From: Saprospiraceae bacterium
GTDB taxonomy: Bacteria > Bacteroidota > Bacteroidia > Chitinophagales > Saprospiraceae
NCBI GenBank assembly: GCA_016710265.1
Contig: JADJJL010000001.1
Coordinates: forward strand, 859,553 to 923,552
Direction: 5' to 3'
Length of the DNA: 64,000 nt
A program made the translations under genes and the position numbers. Shown here piece by piece: positions 48,503 to 57,660 of this stretch. Below the pieces are notes generated by a model that was not told the origin of the DNA, made no database searches, and saw nothing but the letters and a program-made list of their open reading frames with translations. The number at the start of each line of letters is the position of its first letter. The stretch's first letter is position 1.

Positions 48503-48544
48503 ATAAAAAAATAAAGACCTGCCGCCTCTGGACGGCAGGCCTTT
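48503..48544 (-). terminator. Rho-independent terminator of the RRM protein gene
   Basis: 12-bp stem with one mismatch (AAAGACCTGCCG 48513-48524 / CGGCAGGCCTTT 48533-48544) and an 8-nt loop. Read on the minus strand it is followed by TTTATTTTTTTAT. It separates the RRM gene from the helicase gene start at 48395. Confidence 0.75.
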
Positions 48545-48654
48545 CATTTTATAAATCTTTTAATTCTATTCTTAGATTTCTTTCCGAACATCTTATAACA
48601 AAAGGCAGGAGAAAAAACGAAAGATGTGACCTAAAGATTTATAGCGGGAGGCAA

Positions 48655-48975
48655 TTAGTCTCTTCTAAACCTGTTGCCGCCGCCTCCACCGCCGCCATGA
48701 TTGGAAGGTCTAAATGGCCTTCTTTCTCTCTGCTCTGGTGGTTTCGCTTCGGAGACAGAGATGTTGCGATCTCTGAGTGAAGCTTGGTTCAGATTGTTAA
48801 TGGCAGCATTTGCTTCTTCGTCATTTGGCATTTCGACAAAAGCAAAACCTTTGGAACGACCAGTCATTTTGTCTGTGATGACTTTAACTGATGATACCTC
48901 ACCATACTCTGAAAAGAGGTCGGAAATTTGTTGTTCCCTGACTGAATAATCAAGGTTACCTACGTAAAGATTCAT
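48655..48975 (-). CDS. RRM-type RNA-binding protein with Gly/Arg-rich tail
   Basis: RNP-2 NLYVGNL and RNP-1 KGFAFVEM, with a C-terminal GGGGGGGNRFRRD tail. Confidence 0.9.
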   Translation of the reverse strand: MNLYVGNLDYSVREQQISDLFSEYGEVSSVKVITDKMTGRSKGFAFVEMPNDEEANAAINNLNQASLRDRNISVSEAKPPEQRERRPFRPSNHGGGGGGGNRFRRD

Positions 48976-49327
48976 GATAAAAAATATTAGAAATAAAATA
49001 AATTACAATGTGATGAAATGTGTACAGGGTTTATAAATTCTCAAGGTAAAACAATACTTTTTTATATATAGTTCCACAAAGGTAATATATAATGACAAAA
49101 ATGCAAATATTTTTTCATTTTCTTTATGTATTTGCAAAATTAAATGCCCGTGATGGTATCCTTTTACCCTCAATTAAGATTACTTATTTAAACATCATAC
49201 CACCAGGAATTAATTGACTAAAAGATTTACAACAAGATACACATTTAATTAAGAATTATATATCATATCTACCTTTATTTTATACCTTGTCGATTAATTT
49301 TGTCCCTTCTTACCAAAATTACGTTTT

Positions 49328-51193
49328 ATGGAAATTTCCCAGTTACAAAAAAGTAAATACTTTTATCCATTACTCTTCTTAAGCTTTAGTTTGCTCCTTT
49401 ATTTTCAAAGCATAGGGTACGGCTATATCTTGGATGACACCATTGTATTGGATGAGAATAAATTTGTAGCTAAAGGCTTTTCGGGAATTTGGGATATTTT
49501 GTCCAAAGAGAGTTTTAGCGGTTATTTTGGAGAACAACAACAATTGGTTGCCGGAGCCCGATATAGACCCTTGTCCATTGTCAGTTTTGCCATAGAGCAA
49601 GGAGTGGTGGGTAAATTGCCATGGTTGAGTCATTTAATCAATTTACTGTTGTATGGATTTTGTGCATGGCTTGTCTTCAGACTGGTTCAACTTCTTAGGT
49701 TTAGGGAAGAACCAAAAGATATACCATGGATGGCTTTATTGGCTGGAATTTTTTTTCTCGCACACCCAATTCATACTGAAGCGGTAGCAAATATAAAAGG
49801 TAGAGATGAAATCATGTGTTTGATGTTTTCTCTTTTAAGCATCATCTATCTTATACGAGATGAGAAAAATAGCAATACCAAAGACAAAGTGTTGGCTTCC
49901 ATCTGGTTTTTCCTTGCTTTAATGTCTAAGGAAAATGCAATCACATATTTGGTGGTTGCGCCTTTAGTCTTTTACTTTTTCAAAAACAAATCTTTTGGTG
50001 AATCAATCCGTCTTTGTTTTTGGCTTATCTTTCCAGCGATCTTGTTTTTAATTATTCGATCTTCTGTCATTGGTTTTTTCTTTGACAACGGCCAAAAGAT
50101 AACAGACCTGATGAATAATCCTTTCGTTGGAATGAACAGCGGACAAAAAATGGCTACCATCATTTATTGCCTAGCCTGGTATCTTAAGCTTTTAGTAATC
50201 CCTCACCCTTTGACCCATGATTATTATCCCTATCATGTTCCTAAAATGAATCCACTTGATATACTAACTATAATATCATTTGTTGTTTTACTTGGGATCA
50301 GTTATTTTGCTTTTCGACTAAAAAATAAACATAAAATTGTTTGGTTTTCGGTTTTATATTTTTGGGTCACAATTTCGATAGTTAGCAATATTGTTTTTCC
50401 AGTGGGCACATTTATGAATGAAAGATTTTTATTTATGCCATCTCTTGCATTTATTTTAACCTTGGTCTATTTTATGCACAGATATATATTTGATTCTTCT
50501 GCGATGGTTCGCAAAATTGCCATTACTTTTTCTGCATTATTGTTGATGTTTTATGTGGGCAAGACGATGACACGGGTCCCTGATTGGAAAGATTCTATGA
50601 CACTCAACCTTGCTGGGGTCAAAGTATCAAAAAATAGTGCTAGAATCAATTTATTTACGGGTGTCAGTTATTTCCAACTCTATCAAAAAGAAACAGATCC
50701 TGTCTTGAAAAGAAAAAATCTAGATTTGGCTTTACGTTACATTGATAGATCCTTATTTATTTTTCCAAATTATGGACAGGGATTGAATATGAAGGCAGGA
50801 ATCTTGGCAGAATTTCACAAAATGGATAAGAACCTGGATTTGTTTCTTGAAAATATTAAAGAGGTCATCTTAAAAAGACCTGATTTGGCATTCATCCAAG
50901 AATACTTTAGGTTTTTGATGAAGGACAATGCAAATAGAATGGTTTTAAGCCTTTTTTGTAGAGACATAGGATATCAAACTTTCTTCAAGGCACAAAGAAG
51001 ATATGACATGGGTGTGCTTTATATGTCCATGGCCAAGGAATTGAGACCTTATAATCAAGAATATGCTGAAGAGCTTGCTGAAATTTATGATGGCTGGGCA
51101 AAGAAAAGCAATATATCAGTCCAGCAACGTGAGGAATTTATTAAAAAAGCCGAAGTGCTTAGAAACCCACTCTTAAACATTGATGTAAAATAA
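49328..51193 (+). CDS. Polytopic membrane protein with C-terminal TPR-like region (TMTC/PMT-like GT-C glycosyltransferase candidate)
   Basis: About 10-11 TM helices. An acidic DD motif in the first loop (GYILDDTIVLDEN) and a following ARYRPLS segment resemble TMTC/DUF1736-type proteins. The helical-repeat C-terminal third follows. Confidence 0.55.
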   Translation: MEISQLQKSKYFYPLLFLSFSLLLYFQSIGYGYILDDTIVLDENKFVAKGFSGIWDILSKESFSGYFGEQQQLVAGARYRPLSIVSFAIEQGVVGKLPWLSHLINLLLYGFCAWLVFRLVQLLRFREEPKDIPWMALLAGIFFLAHPIHTEAVANIKGRDEIMCLMFSLLSIIYLIRDEKNSNTKDKVLASIWFFLALMSKENAITYLVVAPLVFYFFKNKSFGESIRLCFWLIFPAILFLIIRSSVIGFFFDNGQKITDLMNNPFVGMNSGQKMATIIYCLAWYLKLLVIPHPLTHDYYPYHVPKMNPLDILTIISFVVLLGISYFAFRLKNKHKIVWFSVLYFWVTISIVSNIVFPVGTFMNERFLFMPSLAFILTLVYFMHRYIFDSSAMVRKIAITFSALLLMFYVGKTMTRVPDWKDSMTLNLAGVKVSKNSARINLFTGVSYFQLYQKETDPVLKRKNLDLALRYIDRSLFIFPNYGQGLNMKAGILAEFHKMDKNLDLFLENIKEVILKRPDLAFIQEYFRFLMKDNANRMVLSLFCRDIGYQTFFKAQRRYDMGVLYMSMAKELRPYNQEYAEELAEIYDGWAKKSNISVQQREEFIKKAEVLRNPLLNIDVK

Positions 51194-52297
51194 ATGGAGG
51201 AAAAGCTCTATCAGATTGCCCTTCATCAGGCCGATATGGTCGGTCCCGTGATTGCAAAATCTTTAGTGGCTTACTGTGGAGAAGCTTCAAAAATTTTTAG
51301 TACTCCTATCAATAAACTGCGCAAAATTCCCAATATCGGTGAGTTGACGGCCCATGCTATAAAAAATTTTAATGCTTGGGATAGAGTTGAAAAGGAACTT
51401 AAATTTATTGAAGACCATCAAATAAAGTTGTTGTTTTACACCGATCCGGAGTATCCATCCAGATTAAGAAATATCAATGATAGTCCTCTTCTTTTATATT
51501 ATAAAGGCAATGCCGATCTCAATGCCATAAGAACAGTAGGTATTGTAGGGACCAGAATGGTTACTGAATATGGTAAGTTACTTACTGAAAATTTAGTCTC
51601 TTTCTTAAGTGACTTTCAGGTATGTGTTTTAAGTGGCCTGGCTTATGGAGTAGACACTGTTGCCCATAAAAGTTCAGTGGGTCTAACCATTCCCACCATT
51701 GGAATATTGGGACATGGATTGGACAGAATATACCCTTCGCAAAATACTTCTTTGGCCAAAAAAATGTGTGAGCATGGAGGCCTTTTGACTGAATTTAATA
51801 TAAATACTAGACCTGATAAGCAAAACTTTCCAATGAGAAATCGTATTGTAGCTGGAATGTCAGATGCGGTAGTAGTGGTTGAAACTAAAAAGGAAGGTGG
51901 GAGCTTGATAACGGCCCAACTTGCCAACGACTATAACAAAGATGTATTTGCTTTCCCGGGAAGAATTGATGATGAATTTTCGGCAGGTTGCCATTCCTTA
52001 ATCAAAGATCATAAAGCACACCTCATCGAATCTGGTGCTGATCTTGTGGCTTTGATGAATTGGGACCGATCAGAAGATTTAAATTTATCAACCAACCAAC
52101 CATTGCTTTTCCATGATTTAAGCCCGGATGAGCAAAATCTATTGGAAACATTAAAAACAAAACAGAAAGTTCATATTGACCTGCTTCATCAATCACTTAC
52201 CTTTACACCGGGCACGCTTGCTGGACTTTTACTAGGTTTGCAATTAAAAGGCCTCATAAAAGAAATGCCAGGTAAAATGTACAGTCTTAGTTCATAA
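51194..52297 (+). CDS. dprA: DNA-processing protein DprA (Smf)
   Basis: Rossmann-like core GLAYGVDTVAH...FPMRNRIVAGM...GGSLITA with a C-terminal winged-helix-like tail. It starts immediately after the upstream stop. Confidence 0.9.
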   Translation: MEEKLYQIALHQADMVGPVIAKSLVAYCGEASKIFSTPINKLRKIPNIGELTAHAIKNFNAWDRVEKELKFIEDHQIKLLFYTDPEYPSRLRNINDSPLLLYYKGNADLNAIRTVGIVGTRMVTEYGKLLTENLVSFLSDFQVCVLSGLAYGVDTVAHKSSVGLTIPTIGILGHGLDRIYPSQNTSLAKKMCEHGGLLTEFNINTRPDKQNFPMRNRIVAGMSDAVVVVETKKEGGSLITAQLANDYNKDVFAFPGRIDDEFSAGCHSLIKDHKAHLIESGADLVALMNWDRSEDLNLSTNQPLLFHDLSPDEQNLLETLKTKQKVHIDLLHQSLTFTPGTLAGLLLGLQLKGLIKEMPGKMYSLSS

Positions 52298-52309
52298 TTA
52301 ATAAATGCT

Positions 52310-53440
52310 ATGTCTATTCGAATTATAGTTTCTTCTATATACATTTTTTTACTTTTTGATGGGTGTATTCCAACTAAAATAACCAATGCTGTATTACTAG
52401 ATCCAATACATGGTATTGATTCTAACAAAGTAGCTAAAAATATTATTCTACTGATTGGAGATGGAATGGGTATTAGCCAAATCAGTGCTGCAATGTACAT
52501 GAGCAATCAAAAATTACATTTGGAACGATTTAAAGAAATAGGAATTCACAAACCCCAAGCCATCGATAATTTAATCATTGATTCTGCATCTGGAGCAACT
52601 GCTTTCAGCATAGGAAGGAAAACAAATAATGGATACATCGGAATAGATGAAAATCATGAAAAATATGAAACCATCTTGGAAGAAGCCTCAAAAAAAGGAT
52701 ATATGACTGGCATGGTTGTTACTTCTACCATTGTACATGCTACTCCAGCAGCATTTGCAGCACATCAAACGAGTAGAAATTCATATGAAGCGATCGCATT
52801 GGATATATGTAATTCCTCATGTAATTTATTGATTGGAGGTGGTAAAAAATATTTTGACAGGAGAACCACTGACAGTTTGAATTTATCGCAACTTCTAATT
52901 TCTAAAGGCTATGTGGTGACTGATTATTTTGAAAATGATATGAGGCAATATCAGTTTCCTGAAGTTGATAAATTATGTTATTTTACTGCAGATGGAGATC
53001 CTTTACCATTTAATCAAGGAAGAGATCAATTGGCAAAAGTCAGTGCCCAAAGCATAGAATTTCTTCACAGGATCAAACCATCGAATGGATTTTTCTTAAT
53101 GATAGAAGGTTCACAAATTGATTGGGGCGGTCATGCCAATGAAACTGATTATGTGGTTTCAGAGATGCTTGACTTTGACAAAGCGATTGGGGCTGCTTTG
53201 GATTTTGCAGAAAAGGATAAAAATACTTTAGTCATCGTAACGGGAGATCACGAGACTGGCGGTTTGGCCATTAACCCTGGATCAAGAATGGGATCTTTGC
53301 TTACAAGTTATAGTTCAAAAGATCATTCTGCAGATCTAATACCTGTTTTTGCATACGGTCCCGGCGCAGAAAATTTTAAAGGTATCTATGAAAATACCGC
53401 TATTTACTATAAAATGAGAAAATTTTTGTTCGGAGAATAA
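52310..53440 (+). CDS. Alkaline phosphatase (PhoA family)
   Basis: Active-site serine motif DSASGATAF and metal-ligand contexts DWGGHAN and TGDHETGG. N-terminal signal or lipoprotein sequence. Confidence 0.85.
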   Translation: MSIRIIVSSIYIFLLFDGCIPTKITNAVLLDPIHGIDSNKVAKNIILLIGDGMGISQISAAMYMSNQKLHLERFKEIGIHKPQAIDNLIIDSASGATAFSIGRKTNNGYIGIDENHEKYETILEEASKKGYMTGMVVTSTIVHATPAAFAAHQTSRNSYEAIALDICNSSCNLLIGGGKKYFDRRTTDSLNLSQLLISKGYVVTDYFENDMRQYQFPEVDKLCYFTADGDPLPFNQGRDQLAKVSAQSIEFLHRIKPSNGFFLMIEGSQIDWGGHANETDYVVSEMLDFDKAIGAALDFAEKDKNTLVIVTGDHETGGLAINPGSRMGSLLTSYSSKDHSADLIPVFAYGPGAENFKGIYENTAIYYKMRKFLFGE

Positions 53441-53449
53441 ATCCCGAAT

Positions 53450-54838
53450 TTATACTTTAACCAATTTCCACTTACCTAAATTGAAAAAATACCAAGCCAT
53501 AAAGGCAACAATGCTTTCGGCAATTGGGATTGCCATAAAAGCACCAATGGGTCCTAAATCCATTTGCACAGCCAATATCCAAGCCAGTGGAATTTGAATG
53601 AGCCAAAAACCAATAAAATTAATCCAAGTAGGAGTCTTAGTATCCCCCGCGCCATTTAATGCTTGAATCATGACCATCCCTATTCCATAAAAAATATATC
53701 CTGATCCAATGATCCTTAAGGATTGAACCGCATATTTAACCACTTCAGCTTGGTCTGTAAATATACTTACAATAGGATCTGCAAACAAAAGAAATAAAAG
53801 CATGACAAAGGCCATGAAAAAAGAGTTGTACCAGGTGGTGATCACCACACATTTTTGTGCTCTTTCTGGTTGTGCTGCACCCAGATTCTGTCCGACCAAA
53901 GTGGCGGCCGCATTCGACAATCCCCATGCAGGTAAAATAAAAAATACAATATTTCGAATTGCAATCTGGTATCCAGCTGAAGCATCTGTACTGCCCGTTA
54001 CAGAAACGAGGTAAGCCATAAAAATCCATGATCCACTTTGTATAAAGAATTGCAAAGTAGCTGGCCATGACAATTGAATTAAATCATAACTGAGTTGTTT
54101 ATTCCATTTAAAGTGAGATGCTTTCAAATTCAATTGGGCTGAACCTTTTTTAAGACAATATAATTGGTATATGACTCCTGCTGATCTTCCAATCGTAGTG
54201 GCAATGGCTGCTCCAACAAGGCCAAAGTCCAAAACAAATATGAAAATTGGGCATAAAATGATATTTAGTATACTGGCCAACCATAAGCTTTTCATCGCTA
54301 TCAAAGGATTTCCTGCGCCTCTGAAAATTCCGTTGATCATAAAGAGCAATATGATTAAAATGCTACTGCCCATCATGATTCTTGTAAAATTAGTGCCTTG
54401 TTCAATTACTTCAGGTCTTGCTCCCATCATTCCCAAAAGATGTGGGGAAAAGAGAACCCCAAGAATAGAAAGAACGATGGCAATAATCATGGTCACTAAA
54501 ACTGCCTGAGCTGCTGAATGAGAGGCTCCTTCTATATCCTTTTCTCCAGTCCGACGTGCTACTATGGCAGTAGCTCCAGTACTTAGTCCAATCCCGATGG
54601 TATAAACCAGAGTTAAAATAGATTCTGTAAGTCCCACTGTGGCAATGGCAATGTGGCTGTTCTCTAGTTTACTCACAAAATACATATCTACAATTGCAAA
54701 AACGGATTCCAGACATAATTCTAAAATCATAGGGATGGAAAGCAATACAATGGAAATCTTAATATTGCCTTGAGTATAATCGTAATCCTCGCCCTTTAAG
54801 GACCTACGAATTAACTGTATATACTGATTAAGTTGCAA
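53450..54838 (-). CDS. MATE-family efflux transporter
   Basis: 462 aa, 12 predicted TM helices, N-terminal LLSIPMILE typical of MATE. The only start upstream of that segment is TTG at 54838. Confidence 0.85.
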   Translation of the reverse strand: MQLNQYIQLIRRSLKGEDYDYTQGNIKISIVLLSIPMILELCLESVFAIVDMYFVSKLENSHIAIATVGLTESILTLVYTIGIGLSTGATAIVARRTGEKDIEGASHSAAQAVLVTMIIAIVLSILGVLFSPHLLGMMGARPEVIEQGTNFTRIMMGSSILIILLFMINGIFRGAGNPLIAMKSLWLASILNIILCPIFIFVLDFGLVGAAIATTIGRSAGVIYQLYCLKKGSAQLNLKASHFKWNKQLSYDLIQLSWPATLQFFIQSGSWIFMAYLVSVTGSTDASAGYQIAIRNIVFFILPAWGLSNAAATLVGQNLGAAQPERAQKCVVITTWYNSFFMAFVMLLFLLFADPIVSIFTDQAEVVKYAVQSLRIIGSGYIFYGIGMVMIQALNGAGDTKTPTWINFIGFWLIQIPLAWILAVQMDLGPIGAFMAIPIAESIVAFMAWYFFNLGKWKLVKV

Positions 54839-54914
54839 ATTGCCTAAATATAGAAAAGATAAATGATGTTACTTTTAGAACTGCGAAAATGATTTCAATA
54901 AATTAAAATCTTCC

Positions 54915-56306
54915 CTATTCTTTAATGGTTTCATCAGGATCTGATGAAACTATATCATTTGGTTCCTGATGTTCTGGAAAAGATTCAGTGGATTGGACTT
55001 CAGGTTCAGACTCTGCAGGACCGGGAATACCATCCGGAGATTGCTCAGATGATTGATCCAAATCAGACTGAGTTTCAGAGCTCTTACTTGCTTTCTTGCC
55101 CTCTTTAATTTCCTCGGCTGCTCTCATTAATTTTTCCTCAGAATCAGCCAATTCTTCCTGATGGTGCTGGATTTCTTGACTTATTTTTTCTTTGATTTTC
55201 TTCTCCTCAATTTTAATTTTCTTCTTGACTTCAAGTTTTTCCTTGTCTTTTTCCTCTCTTACTTGGAGTTTTTCTTGCTTCTTTTCTAATCCGTCTCTTA
55301 CTTTCAATAATTCGTCTAGCTTTTCTTGCTTTTGTCGCATTCTCTCTTCTATCATTTTGATTTTAGCGACCCTAATTTGGGCTTCAAGTTGCCCATTGGT
55401 CGTGGCAATTCGCTTATTTTCAAAATCGATGTCTTTTTGATCCAACTTTAATGAATGCTCAATCCTTTGAATGGCTTGTGCAATTCCTTCCATCCTTTGG
55501 TTGACATGCTCTTTCCAATTATTATTACCAGCATTTGCTGTCTTAGACTCTCGTTTGGACTTAATGGCTTGAAAAACCTGATCTAATTTTGACTTCAGTT
55601 TTCTGACATGTCCTCTGTCTAAAAAATCAATTGATTTTAATTCATTTTGAATCTTCACCAATTCATCAAAGATGCTCTTTATAACTCCGCCTGAATTTAA
55701 TCTGTCTGCCAGCTCTTGAATTTTGTTTATGAATTGATCCAAAATTTCTTTGGATTTCTCAAGAGATTCGTTTTTTTGGCTTTCTCTTAATTTCTTCAAC
55801 TCTTCAAAAATAGAATCAGATTTTTTGCGAAGGCTATCAATGTGATCCCTAAACAAATTTTTGTCCATGATTTGCTTTTGGACATTGGACCAAAGGTTCC
55901 TCATTTCCTCCCAAACTTCATGGTCAAAAAATTCCAATCTCTTTACCTTGTCAGAGATCTCTTCCATGTCATTTTTAAAATTTCTATACAATTTGGAGGT
56001 CAGCACTGCAAAATGCCATTCCATTTGTGCTCTTGAGATAATGTCTGTACGTTCAACTTTAAGATCATCCGGCAAAATACTATCCGCCATGGTGAGTTCC
56101 CTGATCAAATGTTTTTTATTGTTAGGAAATTCTACTTCTCTGCCCTCTCTCCAATCAGACATCATTAAATTGTAAAATTCTTCTGTGCAATCGCGATCAG
56201 ATATAGACCAAATGTGAATCTTATTCTCATCAGCGTCCAATTCAATGGCTAAAAGCACTTTATTGTCTTCTACATCGGCTCCCCAAACTACAATCCTATT
56301 TCGCAT
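54915..56306 (-). CDS. Hypothetical coiled-coil protein (Lys/Glu-rich) with acidic tail
   Basis: The start is set to the ATG at 56306. A globular N-terminal region of about 120 aa is followed by long heptad-like K/E-rich helices and an acidic Ser/Glu/Pro tail. No motif recognised. Confidence 0.6.
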   Translation of the reverse strand: MRNRIVVWGADVEDNKVLLAIELDADENKIHIWSISDRDCTEEFYNLMMSDWREGREVEFPNNKKHLIRELTMADSILPDDLKVERTDIISRAQMEWHFAVLTSKLYRNFKNDMEEISDKVKRLEFFDHEVWEEMRNLWSNVQKQIMDKNLFRDHIDSLRKKSDSIFEELKKLRESQKNESLEKSKEILDQFINKIQELADRLNSGGVIKSIFDELVKIQNELKSIDFLDRGHVRKLKSKLDQVFQAIKSKRESKTANAGNNNWKEHVNQRMEGIAQAIQRIEHSLKLDQKDIDFENKRIATTNGQLEAQIRVAKIKMIEERMRQKQEKLDELLKVRDGLEKKQEKLQVREEKDKEKLEVKKKIKIEEKKIKEKISQEIQHHQEELADSEEKLMRAAEEIKEGKKASKSSETQSDLDQSSEQSPDGIPGPAESEPEVQSTESFPEHQEPNDIVSSDPDETIKE

Positions 56307-56494
56307 TTTTAAAACTTCATATGAATAGATCCCATTTAACAACAAATTTAATCAAAAAATGAAAAAGACCTTTTTTCTTTTTGATCCGGTTTTTGGTAAA
56401 AGGGATGCAAAAATCCGATCATTTCTTCAATTTTCAATCTATTTAAGGACAAAAAATAATAATATTCGAAAATAAATATTTAATCAATGCCTAA

Positions 56495-57499
56495 TCAAGA
56501 TTTTACATATGATTTTTTAATTAAATAGTCTGCGATTTGCACTGCATTGGTTGCTGCCCCTTTTCTTAAATTGTCTGCGGTGACCCATAAATTCAAGGTA
56601 TTTTCTTGTGATTCATCCAATCTGACCCTACCCACAAAAACCTCATTTCTCCCTTTTGCTTGCAAAGGTGTCGGATATTGGGACTTTTGAGGATTGTCCA
56701 ATAAAACAAGTCCGCTTGAGTTGGAAAGTAATGAATTGACTTTACTTAAATCTACCTGTTTTTTAAAACTGACATTGATGGATTCAGAGTGTCCACCATG
56801 CACTGGTACTCTTACCGCGGTAGAAGTTATCCTCAATTGAGGAGCATTTAATATTTTCTTAGTTTCATGGACTAATTTCATCTCTTCCTTGGTATATAAA
56901 TTATCCAGGAATACATCACATTGAGGAATGCAGTTTTCAAATATAGGATGAGGATAGGCTTTCGGTTCATCAGGTATTTTGCCCAATTTTTCAGATTCAT
57001 ATTGTCTAACGGCTATCATACCGGTTCCTGTAAAAGATTGGTAGGTAGAAACCACAATACGATCTATCTCAAATTCCTTGTGCAATGGATATAAAGCCAT
57101 CACCATTTGAATGGTGCTGCAATTTGGATTGGCAATGATATAGTGGTCTCTCTGAATAGAATCAGAATTTATTTCAGGCACAACCAATGGACAATTTGGA
57201 TCCATTCTCCAGGCAGAACTATTGTCTATTACAAAACATGAAATAGCAGCAAATAATGGAGCATACTCTAATGAAGTTGCTCCACCTGCAGAAAAAATTG
57301 CAATGTCCGGTTTGAGATCCAGAGCTTCCTTAATACCTATCAATTTATAAGACTTCCCTCTAAAATCCATCATTTTTCCTACCGATTTTTCTGAAGCACT
57401 TAAAATTAAATCGAAAGGATTAATTCCCGATTCATCCAAAACCTTTAACATTTCCTGACCAACCATTCCTGTCGCTCCAACGATGACTATCTTAGGCAT
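56495..57499 (-). CDS. asd: Aspartate-semialdehyde dehydrogenase
   Basis: NAD(P) motif VGATGMVGQ, catalytic Cys context IANPNCSTI and His context VPVHGGHS. Length 334 aa. Confidence 0.92.
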   Translation of the reverse strand: MPKIVIVGATGMVGQEMLKVLDESGINPFDLILSASEKSVGKMMDFRGKSYKLIGIKEALDLKPDIAIFSAGGATSLEYAPLFAAISCFVIDNSSAWRMDPNCPLVVPEINSDSIQRDHYIIANPNCSTIQMVMALYPLHKEFEIDRIVVSTYQSFTGTGMIAVRQYESEKLGKIPDEPKAYPHPIFENCIPQCDVFLDNLYTKEEMKLVHETKKILNAPQLRITSTAVRVPVHGGHSESINVSFKKQVDLSKVNSLLSNSSGLVLLDNPQKSQYPTPLQAKGRNEVFVGRVRLDESQENTLNLWVTADNLRKGAATNAVQIADYLIKKSYVKS

Positions 57500-57660
57500 T
57501 ATTTGTAATTTTACGCAAAAATAGTCCGCTTGCTTGGCTTGATTGATAAATTAACAAAGGCTTTATAAAACAAACTTATCTTTGGGTGATGAGATTCTTA
57601 AAATTCTAAGGTTTATTTGACTTATCAATGATGACAAAGTAGCATGTAATATCAGAATGT

